Of a stretch of DNA of 64,000 nucleotides, positions 55,060-63,263 are shown one piece after another. The position numbers and the translations under genes are program-made. The notes under the pieces are model-generated. The model did no database searches, was not told where the DNA came from, and was given only the letters and a program-made list of their open reading frames with translations. How positions within the stretch are numbered: the first letter of the stretch is position 1; every line of letters begins with the position of its first letter. The DNA lies in NCBI GenBank assembly GCA_052139735.1, contig JBKQWB010000003.1:27528-91527 (forward strand), read 5' to 3'. This DNA is from Smithella sp. (GTDB lineage: Bacteria; Desulfobacterota; Syntrophia; Syntrophales; Smithellaceae).

Positions 55060-55088
55060 TTGACACATGGGTATTTTTGAAGTTAAAT
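55060..55088 (+). promoter_or_regulatory. Candidate promoter for selC
   Basis: TTGACA (55060-55065), a 17-nt spacer, then TTAAAT (55083-55088), placing a start site a few nt before the tRNA 5' end at 55107. Confidence 0.5.
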
Positions 55089-55106
55089 TATAAGATATTT
55101 ACCAAT

Positions 55107-55204
55107 GGAAGTGCCAAGGTCACTGGTGGGCCTCCCGGACTTCAAATCCGGTGTTGGGCGCTAAAACCGTCCAGGGTGGGTTCGATTCCCATGCACTTCC
55201 GCCA
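55107..55204 (+). tRNA. selC: tRNA-Sec (selenocysteine tRNA, anticodon UCA), CCA end encoded
   Basis: 98 nt with an 8-bp acceptor stem GGAAGTGC/GCACTTCC, anticodon loop CTTCAAA, a long variable arm, and G-CCA. It closely parallels E. coli selC at GGAAG..., GGACTTCAAATCC, GGTTCGAYTCC and CTTCCGCCA. Confidence 0.95.
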
Positions 55205-55207
55205 ATT
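55192..55207 (+). repeat. Direct repeat, left copy (selC 3' end)
   Basis: TGCACTTCCGCCAATT, with a partner at 56982-56997 (15/16 identical, including 12 consecutive identical nt). Confidence 0.85.
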
Positions 55208-55408
55208 ATTCATACAACATTAATAACTTAACATTTTAAATTCGATCCGATACTGATCCGATAACAGAATTTTTACATATAAAAATATGCAACCTATAAT
55301 TATCAATTTCTTCCTTAAGCAATAAAACGTTAACATTGACAAACATTCAAGATTTCAATTCGTAATAAACACAATCCGTACCCCACACATTTTATGATCA
55401 AGATTATC

Positions 55409-55437
55409 TTGACACACAAGACTGTGTTTTCTATACT
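55409..55437 (+). promoter_or_regulatory. Consensus-like sigma70 promoter for the antiporter gene
   Basis: TTGACA (55409-55414), a 17-nt spacer, then TATACT (55432-55437). Confidence 0.55.
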
Positions 55438-55486
55438 TTAGCCAAACGAGTACGTGAGCGAAACGCAGGATGGATGGAGTTTTACT

Positions 55487-56797
55487 ATGACGACGCCGTT
55501 GAAAGGGCTTCCTCCGCAGATGTTGCTGTATCTCCTACTGCAACTGGTTTTCCTCCTTGGAACGGCGCACCTTCTCGGGGAACTGGCACGGCGCTGGAAG
55601 CAGCCCGCGGTACTTGGAAACATCTTGGCCGGCGTGCTGCTTGGACCTTCAGTGCTGGGGCATTGGTTTCCTGCACTGCAGTTGGCAATCTTCCCGCACG
55701 ACCAGAACCAGGGCAATTTGCTGGCGGCCGTCACTTGGATTGGGTTGATCTTGCTGCTCTTATCGACAGGGTTGGAGACGGACCTTGACTTAATCGTACG
55801 CAAATGGCGCGTCTCCGTTTCTGCCTCAGCGGGTGGGATCATCGTTCCGTTTATCTCCGGCTTCCTCCTGGGACACTTCATTCCCGAAACTTTTCTGGCG
55901 CATCCAAACGACCGCCTGGCGTTTTCCCTGTTTCTCGCGGTAGCAATGTGTATTTCATCTCTGCCGGTAATTGCCAGCATTATGAGGGAGATAAAGGCGA
56001 TCCCGCTAAGTATCAGGCAGATCGCCTTGGCGGCCGGCATGATGGATGACACGGTTGGATGGACTCTTCTTGCGATCGTGTCGGGACTGTTCTTGAGCGG
56101 CCGGTTCGACAACCTGATTGTCGCTCGCATGGTTGGCATTGCTATGCTGTTTCTGCTGGTCAGTTACGTCGCAGGCAGGCCACTGGTACGCTGGATCGTG
56201 ACCCGGACCAATAGCGTGTCGCCTCACCCTTCCGCGCAGCTTGCGATACTCATTTTTTTGGGAATCATTGGCAGTTCGATCACTCACTCGTTGGGATTGG
56301 AAGCGACGCTGGGTGCATTTGTGGTGGGAATCCTGGCGAGCACGGTCCCGAGCATTCGCAAAGACACGGCCCAATCACTCGATCTTGTAGTGACGTCGTT
56401 TCTGGGGCCCATCTACTTTGGGCTGGCCGGCTTACGCTTCGATTTATGGGGCCTACTTCATTGGAATACTTTCCTCATCGCCTTGGCGGTTATAGCGATC
56501 GCCTGTTTTGGCAAGATCGTCGGCGTCTATCTTGCGACCTGGGCTGGAGGGGTTTCCCACTGGAAGCGATTGGCTCTGGGCTTTGGTATGAACGCACGCG
56601 GTGCTGTGGAGATCATCGTGGCAACTCAGGGCTATTCCATGGGCCTGCTCAATTTGCAGGTATACTCGATGATCGTGCTAATGGCGGTGGTCACGTCCGT
56701 GATGGCTGCCCCCTTGATGAAATGGGCAGTATCCCATTTTGACGCCGGCAGCAGTGAAGTCGAACTGCTTCCCGGCGAGGGGACTGGCTCGAAGTGA
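55487..56797 (+). CDS. Cation:proton antiporter (CPA2 / Kef-NapA-like membrane domain)
   Basis: Multi-TM ORF with N-terminal LLQLVFLLGTAHLLGELARRWKQPAVLGNILAGVLLGPSVLG, typical of Na+/H+-exchanger family proteins. The ATG at 55487 follows GGAG; the ORF-track start at 55454 is GTG. Confidence 0.85.
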   Translation: MTTPLKGLPPQMLLYLLLQLVFLLGTAHLLGELARRWKQPAVLGNILAGVLLGPSVLGHWFPALQLAIFPHDQNQGNLLAAVTWIGLILLLLSTGLETDLDLIVRKWRVSVSASAGGIIVPFISGFLLGHFIPETFLAHPNDRLAFSLFLAVAMCISSLPVIASIMREIKAIPLSIRQIALAAGMMDDTVGWTLLAIVSGLFLSGRFDNLIVARMVGIAMLFLLVSYVAGRPLVRWIVTRTNSVSPHPSAQLAILIFLGIIGSSITHSLGLEATLGAFVVGILASTVPSIRKDTAQSLDLVVTSFLGPIYFGLAGLRFDLWGLLHWNTFLIALAVIAIACFGKIVGVYLATWAGGVSHWKRLALGFGMNARGAVEIIVATQGYSMGLLNLQVYSMIVLMAVVTSVMAAPLMKWAVSHFDAGSSEVELLPGEGTGSK

Positions 56798-56981
56798 CCT
56801 TGCCTGCCGGTCGCGAAACTCAGAAAAATACTTCAGAGGATTGTCTATCTCCTCTTCTCTCCCAAACATACCACAGATGCACAAACCCAACTATGTAGAC
56901 CAAAGGGCTGAAGCACGACAATATTTTCATCCGCTTTTGTGACAGTATGCTGTCATGTAGGTTTCAATCTGCACCTCAATC

Positions 56982-56997
56982 TGCACTTCCGCCGATT
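56982..56997 (+). repeat. Direct repeat, right copy (partial selC 3' end)
   Basis: TGCACTTCCGCCGATT. The preceding AGGTTTCAATCTGCACCTCAATC loosely resembles the selC T-arm GGGTTCGATTCCCA. Confidence 0.8.
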
Positions 56998-57258
56998 GAA
57001 TGATTTCGGGGGGTTTGATTAAGTTCATCAATCCTTAATTTATGGTAACTCTACTTCACCGCAGCTTTAAACGCGTTAGCCGGTTTAAATTTTGGCGTAG
57101 TTGCTATTTTAGCTGTTTTGCCGCGTTCACTGATAAGGTTAAGTGAGGCGAACGACAACGCAAACCTGAAAGCTATTATAATCTTGACATTTATTATCAA
57201 AATAGTATGTTTTTCTAAATCTAACCACTAAATAAACTATCTATGCGCCGGAGGAGTT

Positions 57259-57891
57259 ATGAAATCTTTATTTTCAATAGTTATTATATGTCTTTTGCTG
57301 GTTCCCCTGGGAGTTAACGCGGCAGCGGTAGAGGCAGAATGGATTGATACCGATAAACCAAATTGTAAAATATGGAATGAAGTCCCTGCAAAAGGCGAGA
57401 CCGTATCATGGTCAGGAGAGTGTGTGAAGGGATACGCTTCCGGCTACGGAACTGCGATTTGGTCTCTAAACGACAAAGAAGCCCAGCGTTATGAAGGAAT
57501 ATTGAAGAAAGGCAAATGTGCCGGCATAGGGACTTTAACCTTTGCCAATGGCAATAAATATGCAGGAGACTTTAAAAATAACAAAAGTACCGGCAACGGG
57601 ACTTACACCTTTGCCAATGGCGATAAATATGAAGGGAGCTTTGTTGATAGCGATTTCCATGGCGAAGGGACGCTATCCTTTGCCAATGGCGATAAATACG
57701 AAGGGGACTTTGTTCATGACAATTTCAGCGGCAAAGGGACTTACTACTATGCCAATGGCGAGAGATACAAAGGGGGCTTTGCTGATGGCAATTTCCAAGG
57801 CAAAGGGACTTACACCTGCAGCAACTACAAAGAATTTAAAGGTAATTTTGAAAGCGGCATCCCGGTTGGATTTGTTATAAAATGTAATTAA
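57259..57891 (+). CDS. Secreted MORN-repeat protein
   Basis: Signal peptide, then repeated YEGxFxxxxxxGxGTYTFANGDKYEG units (MORN-type). Confidence 0.85.
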   Translation: MKSLFSIVIICLLLVPLGVNAAAVEAEWIDTDKPNCKIWNEVPAKGETVSWSGECVKGYASGYGTAIWSLNDKEAQRYEGILKKGKCAGIGTLTFANGNKYAGDFKNNKSTGNGTYTFANGDKYEGSFVDSDFHGEGTLSFANGDKYEGDFVHDNFSGKGTYYYANGERYKGGFADGNFQGKGTYTCSNYKEFKGNFESGIPVGFVIKCN

Positions 57892-58080
57892 TCGGGAATA
57901 TAGAAATAAATTTTTTAATCCTTTTTAATATTAATTTTAATGAAAATTTAATTTTATAATGATGGAGAATAATTAATCATCGGTGGCGAAATGAAAGAGT
58001 AATGTTAAGATATTCGGGATACTGCAATGCACATATTGAGTCTTTTAAAAAGATAAGACGGCATAGGAGGTTCCCGGTTT

Positions 58081-58126
58081 AACCCCTCGCAAGAAACAAT
58101 GTATTTCACGAGGGGTTTTTGTTTTT
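58081..58126 (+). terminator. Intrinsic terminator about 190 nt after the MORN gene
   Basis: AACCCCTCG-(19 nt)-CGAGGGGTT followed by TTTTGTTTTT. Confidence 0.65.
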
Positions 58127-58188
58127 CTCATTACTGACCTGTTCTTGATTTAATAAACACAGACATTGTCGGGCGCAAATAATTATTG

Positions 58189-58890
58189 TCAATCCGACAA
58201 ATAATATTCAACGGTTGAGACAACTCTTACCTGCTTTATGTACGGGGTATTGATATCACGATCTTCAATAGAAAATTCACCTTGCGAAGCGCTTTTGATT
58301 TTCCCCAGCTTACTGTTTGAATCCCGGGCAAACTTTTCTGCCACTGCTCTGGCATTTTTTGTCGCTTCCTCAATCATTACCGGTTTAAGTTCATTCAATT
58401 TTTTAAATATAAAGACCGGCTTAGACTGATAATCTCCCCCTGAAATCGCGATGCCCTGTTTGCCCAATTCCACAAATGATGCCATTGTTTTTCTTACCAG
58501 GTCGACATTTTCACTGTAGATATTAATTGTAGATATGCCCGAATAACGGAATTTGGCTTTATCGGATTGTTGATCGAGTATAGCAGGGGCAGAGATGGAA
58601 ATATCTTTATCCTGAAATCCATGTTTATTTAGAAATTCTAGGATGATTGAGTTTTTTTGCTGGATGGTAAAGAAGATCTTATTCAGATCATTATCGGCTA
58701 CACTGAATTTAATAGGCCAGATTGCAACATTGGACTGGACTTCACGCTCGGATAATCCCTTTACCGTAACGATTCTTTCTAAAGCCTTTAGCTTTACAAT
58801 GCCCCCGGCTATAAAATAACCAAGCAATGCCAGGCCAATACACACAAGTATTCCCTTGATAAAAGCCGCGCCGAGACTATCGTCATTCAT
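58189..58890 (-). CDS. SIMPL-domain (DUF541/YggE-like) protein
   Basis: N-terminal TM segment, then a SIMPL-like pattern (VTVKGLSEREV...). The ATG at 58890 with an upstream GGAGG is preferred over the ORF-track start at 58953. Confidence 0.75.
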   Translation of the reverse strand: MNDDSLGAAFIKGILVCIGLALLGYFIAGGIVKLKALERIVTVKGLSEREVQSNVAIWPIKFSVADNDLNKIFFTIQQKNSIILEFLNKHGFQDKDISISAPAILDQQSDKAKFRYSGISTINIYSENVDLVRKTMASFVELGKQGIAISGGDYQSKPVFIFKKLNELKPVMIEEATKNARAVAEKFARDSNSKLGKIKSASQGEFSIEDRDINTPYIKQVRVVSTVEYYLSD

Positions 58891-59378
58891 ATAACCTCCG
58901 TTTAAATTTGCTCTATAAATCCAATCTTTCCAAAGCCTCTTGACAACATACATACGCTATCTGTCCAACAATTTTTATATGTTTCCCTGCTGACACCGCA
59001 AATGCCATAATATTGAGCTATAACTATTATCGTTTGTAATCTACCATAAAAATAATATTTTAGGAAATGAGAATTCCAGAAGAAGTGCCTGCTGTCTACG
59101 TAAGCAATCAATCTCTATCCGATCTTCGTATTATTTACTTATCTCTACAAGGAGGATAAAGAATAGCCGTAGACCGATTAAATATTTATCGGTATCTGTT
59201 AAACCTGTTGCAAGAAAAAATAAACATGATAAAATATATCTATATTCGGCATTTCCCTTTCTTTTTTGTGAAAAGGCAATCGCTTTTTAGTATTACACTC
59301 GCGGCCGGAAAAAGAGTTGCCCATTTAAGATGCACATATTTGAACATGACTTGTGCTCTTTCATGGAGAAAGGCATTT

Positions 59379-59744
59379 ATGCAAAACACTGGCGGGAACG
59401 TTCCCTCGCGCTACGAGATGAACCATCTGGTTCGCAACGTCCTGACCCGACATAGGGCCAATCTGGAACTTATTACAATTTCCTGCACAAACCGGATTGT
59501 CTATCTTTCCGGCTCGCTTGTTAAAACGACAAAACCGGATTACAAGATTGCCGATATCGATCTCATTTTTCGGGAAATAGCGCAGATTCCAAGAGTCCAC
59601 AGCATCTATGCCGATCTGGACAACTGGACAGTCAGCGCCATTGAAGGTACGGGGGAGTGGCTCGTGTCCCAAAAAGGCACCGTTTTCCGTCCACAAACGC
59701 AAAAGACGATTCACCTGACAACAGGATTTAAAGGGGAGGATTAA
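59379..59744 (+). CDS. Hypothetical protein (possibly BON-like)
   Basis: 121-aa reading from the ATG at 59379 after GGAGAAAGG. The upstream part of ORF 59208-59744 looks non-coding. No firm family match. Confidence 0.45.
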   Translation: MQNTGGNVPSRYEMNHLVRNVLTRHRANLELITISCTNRIVYLSGSLVKTTKPDYKIADIDLIFREIAQIPRVHSIYADLDNWTVSAIEGTGEWLVSQKGTVFRPQTQKTIHLTTGFKGED

Positions 59745-59892
59745 TCGCCGACGTACTCGATGATATCAAAAAGGTAAAACAGTAAAATTCGAGTATGATC
59801 TATTGGGGCATAAGACAACGACTCTTGCTGCGGCTTAAAAACAAGGTCTTGAATTTATTTTCTATCGTCATCAAAAAATAAGGAGGAGGGAC

Positions 59893-60339
59893 ATGGAAGA
59901 GATTAATCGCATTCTTGTTGTAAGCTGGATGACCCAATCATGTAAAAAAACGATCCATTATGGAGTTTCACTGGCGGAGAAATATAAAGCCGAGCTTTCT
60001 GTGATTCATATAGTTAACACGTTCTGGCTTCAGGGATGGAGTGTGCCCATGATATCCCTTATCGAAGAGCGGAAGAAAGATTTGCAGAGAGTGAAGCAGG
60101 AACTGGATAATATTATTAACAGCGAAAAAAAGAAAGGCATGACGATCAGGGAGTTTATTAAGGAGGGTGATCCGGTTGAAGAAATTCTGAAAACTATTGA
60201 AGATGAAAAAATTGATCTGCTTATTTTGCGTGCCCAGAAAGAAGGCCGCACGGAACATTTTCTTATAAGCGGCAGCAATGATGCCATCATCCGGAAAATA
60301 CCCTGTTCAATCTACTTAGTAAAGGACGAACCACGATAG
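59893..60339 (+). CDS. Universal stress protein (UspA family)
   Basis: 148-aa ORF (ILVVSWMTQSCKKTIHYGVSLAEKYKAELSVIHIV...GSNDAIIRKIPCSIYLVK). Confidence 0.85.
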   Translation: MEEINRILVVSWMTQSCKKTIHYGVSLAEKYKAELSVIHIVNTFWLQGWSVPMISLIEERKKDLQRVKQELDNIINSEKKKGMTIREFIKEGDPVEEILKTIEDEKIDLLILRAQKEGRTEHFLISGSNDAIIRKIPCSIYLVKDEPR

Positions 60340-60543
60340 GGTGTGTATCGCATCTGGCCGAAGCAAGAATCTATACGAAAATGGCGTCCGGAATATGTTT
60401 TAACAGGCGCCTTCAGGCTCTTCACTGATGCCTTAAGCTATATTATTACAAGACATTTTCGGGTTATGATTGGGCTAAAATAATTGCGGATTTGTCTTTC
60501 AAGGTAATCTTTGCCAAACGGCACTTTTTGCAGCCAATATTCG

Positions 60544-60572
60544 TTGACATATTAAACAATTCTTCATATACT
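60544..60572 (+). promoter_or_regulatory. Consensus-like sigma70 promoter for the beta-propeller lipoprotein gene
   Basis: TTGACA (60544-60549), a 17-nt spacer, then TATACT (60567-60572). Confidence 0.55.
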
Positions 60573-60633
60573 CCCACACCAAAAAAGAAATACTTAATCA
60601 AATTTAAAAATAATCCGCATACATGGAGAAAAA

Positions 60634-62187
60634 ATGCTGGTACTGTCTATGAATAAAAAACGCGAATTTAAATTTTTTTTGAGGATATTGATCAAGACCG
60701 TATGGGCTGTTGGCTTGATGGCCATTCTAACGTCCTGCGGCACCTCACCTGGATACAATTACACAATTAGCGGCACGGTCAGCGGAATGATCGGAAGCGG
60801 ACTGGTATTACAGGACAATGGAGGAGATGACCGGTCCGTCACTGCCAATGGCGCTTTTGCCTTTGTAACGGCGCTGACCACCGGAACCACCTACTCCGTC
60901 ACGGTAAAAACACAGCCGACCAACCCTTCCCAAACTTGCGTCGTCAGTAACAGCAGCGGCACAATCAGTGGCTCGCCAGTGCAAAACGTGGCCGTGAGCT
61001 GTGTGATGAATTCCAGTCCTGTTACGGTTGACCCATCAGGGCTATTTGCCTATGTGTCAAATTCTGGTCCTGGTAACATCGATGCCTATACCATCAATCA
61101 GACTACAGGGGCATTGAACTCCGTTTCAGGAAGCCCATTTACTGCCGGCACATATCCCACCCAAGTCACGATTGACGCATCAGGGAAATTTGCCTATGTG
61201 GCCAATATAGGTGACGGCACTATTTCGGCCTACACCATAGATAATACCTCCACACCCGGGGCATTGAACTCCGTCACAGGAAGCCCGTTCACTGCCGGTT
61301 TAAGTCCCGTCTCCGTCACGATTTATCCATACGCATCAGGGTTATTTGCCTATGTGCCTAATATGGGTTCCGGCAATATCTCGGTCTATGCCATCAATCA
61401 GACTACAGGGGCATTGACCACCGTTACAGGAAGCCCGTTCACTGCCGGTACAAGTCCTATTTCCATCACGCCTTACGCTAACGCATCAGGAGCATATGCC
61501 TATGTGCCCAATATGTCTGACGGCACTATCTCGGCCTATACGATCAATACAGACGGGTCATTGACCCCTTCCATTAACACCCCGACAGTGACTGCGGGGA
61601 CGTATCCTGCATGTTTCACGATTTACGCTAACTCATCAGGAGCATTTGCTTATGTGGCAAATATAGGTAACGGCAATATCTCGCTCTATACTATCAATTC
61701 CGACGGGTCATTGAGCCAGAACGGAAACGCAGTGACTGCAGATATCTATCCTGCCTCCGTCACGATTTACCCTAACTCATCAGGAGCATATGCATATGCC
61801 TATGTATCCAATATGGGTAACAGCGATATTACGGCCTTTGCGATCAATCCCTCCAATGGGACATTTGCGAGCTACGTTACAGGAAGCAATTTCGTTACCG
61901 GTACGTATCCTAACCCGGTCACGCTTTACACGAACTCATCAGGAACATTTGCCTATGTGTCAGACAGGAATGATGGCAACATCTGGGTTTATTCAATTAA
62001 CGGAACCAATGGAGTATTGACTAATATTCAGACAATGGTGACTGCAGGGATACTAAGTTTTACCACCGTTACGATCGACCCCCAAGGGCCCTATGCTTAT
62101 GCATCAGATGTGAATACCGGTCTTGTCTATGCCTTTACTATCAATCCCGACGGGACATTGACCCTTGTTACGGGAAGCCCGTTCTGA
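60634..62187 (+). CDS. Lipoprotein with N-terminal Ig-like region and lactonase-type beta-propeller repeats
   Basis: Lipobox LTSCG, then about 9 units of FAYV.N.G.G.IS.Y.IN...GAL..V.GSPF.AG..P. Confidence 0.8.
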   Translation: MLVLSMNKKREFKFFLRILIKTVWAVGLMAILTSCGTSPGYNYTISGTVSGMIGSGLVLQDNGGDDRSVTANGAFAFVTALTTGTTYSVTVKTQPTNPSQTCVVSNSSGTISGSPVQNVAVSCVMNSSPVTVDPSGLFAYVSNSGPGNIDAYTINQTTGALNSVSGSPFTAGTYPTQVTIDASGKFAYVANIGDGTISAYTIDNTSTPGALNSVTGSPFTAGLSPVSVTIYPYASGLFAYVPNMGSGNISVYAINQTTGALTTVTGSPFTAGTSPISITPYANASGAYAYVPNMSDGTISAYTINTDGSLTPSINTPTVTAGTYPACFTIYANSSGAFAYVANIGNGNISLYTINSDGSLSQNGNAVTADIYPASVTIYPNSSGAYAYAYVSNMGNSDITAFAINPSNGTFASYVTGSNFVTGTYPNPVTLYTNSSGTFAYVSDRNDGNIWVYSINGTNGVLTNIQTMVTAGILSFTTVTIDPQGPYAYASDVNTGLVYAFTINPDGTLTLVTGSPF

Positions 62188-62511
62188 AAAGGCGGAAGCT
62201 TTCTTCTTGGCCGCCGTCTTCGGATACAGGTATCCCTTTACATCCGCACGTTGTACGAGATAACCAGAGTCTGCGACGCCTTGAGATGGATGCCGCATTA
62301 CACCAGGATGACAACCCCTCCAATTAATCTTTCAAAAGACCACCTTTGGAGAAGGAGATGGAAAACTTATTGCCCGAAGCCTCCGAGAGAGAAATATATT
62401 TATCAACTCAAATGGGACATTTCCACTTTGGCTGGACAAGATACGGACAAAACTTGACACAGACATAATTTAAATTTATATTTAAACAGATTTTCAATAA
62501 GGAGGCAGACC

Positions 62512-63210
62512 GTGAAAAAATTAACCGCAACCTTTTTATTTATTCTTTTCCTCTTTCCAACTTTTGCGTTTGCTAAAAATTTACCCATAGAAGAACAATT
62601 CAAAAAAAGTTTCCCAAAAAATATTTTTGAAAGCATAACGCCCACCGATATTAAAGGAATTTATGAAGTCTATACGGGCAACCAGATTTACTATTACATG
62701 CCGAAAGACGATGTAATCCTCTATGGAAATTTAATTTCCAAAAATGGAGTAAATATCACCCATGAAAGCTTTTCTAAAAAGATGGCGCAAAAAATGGCCA
62801 AATTACCTCTGGAGAGCGCACTGAAAATCGGCAATGGAAAAACGGCTGTAGTGGAATTTATGGATCCAAACCATTCTCCCTGCCGTCAGGCTTATAAATT
62901 CTTTTCTCAACGTCAGGATGTAACATTGTATGTTTTCTTTTTCCCGCTAACTAAAGACTCGGCAGATAAAATCAAACATATTTTATGTTCAAAAGATGCG
63001 GTGAAGACGTATGATGATGCAGTGACCGGAAAACTCGATAATAAGGCTCCTCTTAATATTTGCGTTGACAAAAAAGTAGATGAAACCGTCAAAACGCATA
63101 TGCAACTTGCGTCGCAAATCGGAGTCAAAACAATACCCTTATTTTATATCAAGGGTCAGGTCGTTGATGGATTTGATTCCAGCGCTATTGAAAAACTCTT
63201 GAAAGATTAG
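62512..63210 (+). CDS. DsbC/DsbG-like periplasmic thioredoxin-fold protein with HSPC in place of CxxC
   Basis: Signal peptide, a DsbC-type N-terminal dimerisation pattern (IKGIYEVYTGNQIYYY), and a thioredoxin-fold part VVEFMDPNHSPCRQ...GVKTIPLFYI. GTG start after AAGGAGG. Confidence 0.75.
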   Translation: MKKLTATFLFILFLFPTFAFAKNLPIEEQFKKSFPKNIFESITPTDIKGIYEVYTGNQIYYYMPKDDVILYGNLISKNGVNITHESFSKKMAQKMAKLPLESALKIGNGKTAVVEFMDPNHSPCRQAYKFFSQRQDVTLYVFFFPLTKDSADKIKHILCSKDAVKTYDDAVTGKLDNKAPLNICVDKKVDETVKTHMQLASQIGVKTIPLFYIKGQVVDGFDSSAIEKLLKD

Positions 63211-63224
63211 ACCAAATGTATAAA

Positions 63225-63263
63225 TCCGGTAGCCGCTTTTTTCAAAGAAAAGCGGCTACCGGA
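63225..63263. terminator. Strong hairpin between the convergent dsbC-like gene and metG
   Basis: TCCGGTAGCCGCTTTT-ttcaaag-AAAAGCGGCTACCGGA forms a perfect 16-bp stem. The right arm overlaps the last metG codons. Confidence 0.75.

Larger units (their letters stand above)
55205..56997 (+). mobile_element. Putative integrase-less genomic islet at selC
   Basis: The segment is bounded by the selC 3' end and its 15/16 direct repeat. The coding part is markedly G+C-rich (hand counts 36/60 and 37/60 per line, against 23/60 in a sampled mfd-operon line). It carries a single cargo gene and no recombinase. Confidence 0.45.

Noticed and set aside
55438-56139. 233-aa minus-strand ORF overlapping the antiporter gene
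   Set aside because: It lies entirely antisense to a well-supported multi-TM CPA2-type ORF in a G+C-rich segment, where long shadow ORFs arise by chance. The sequence is low-complexity and Arg/Pro/Ala-rich with no recognisable domain.
57000-57180. Small ORFs (about 33 aa) on both strands just right of the selC-repeat boundary
   Set aside because: They have no ribosome-binding sites and no recognisable similarity. The lengths are compatible with chance in AT-rich sequence.
59172-59192. Near-palindrome ACCGATTAAATATTTATCGGT upstream of the hypothetical gene
   Set aside because: It is imperfect, AT-rich and a single occurrence. It could be an operator, but nothing else supports that.
62185-62457. 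Read-through of the propeller gene TGA as a second selenocysteine site
   Set aside because: There is no Cys/Sec-type redox motif around the TGA, the downstream reading is unlike the repeat units, and I saw no hairpin at the SECIS distance. An in-phase open frame has roughly a one-in-three chance of arising.
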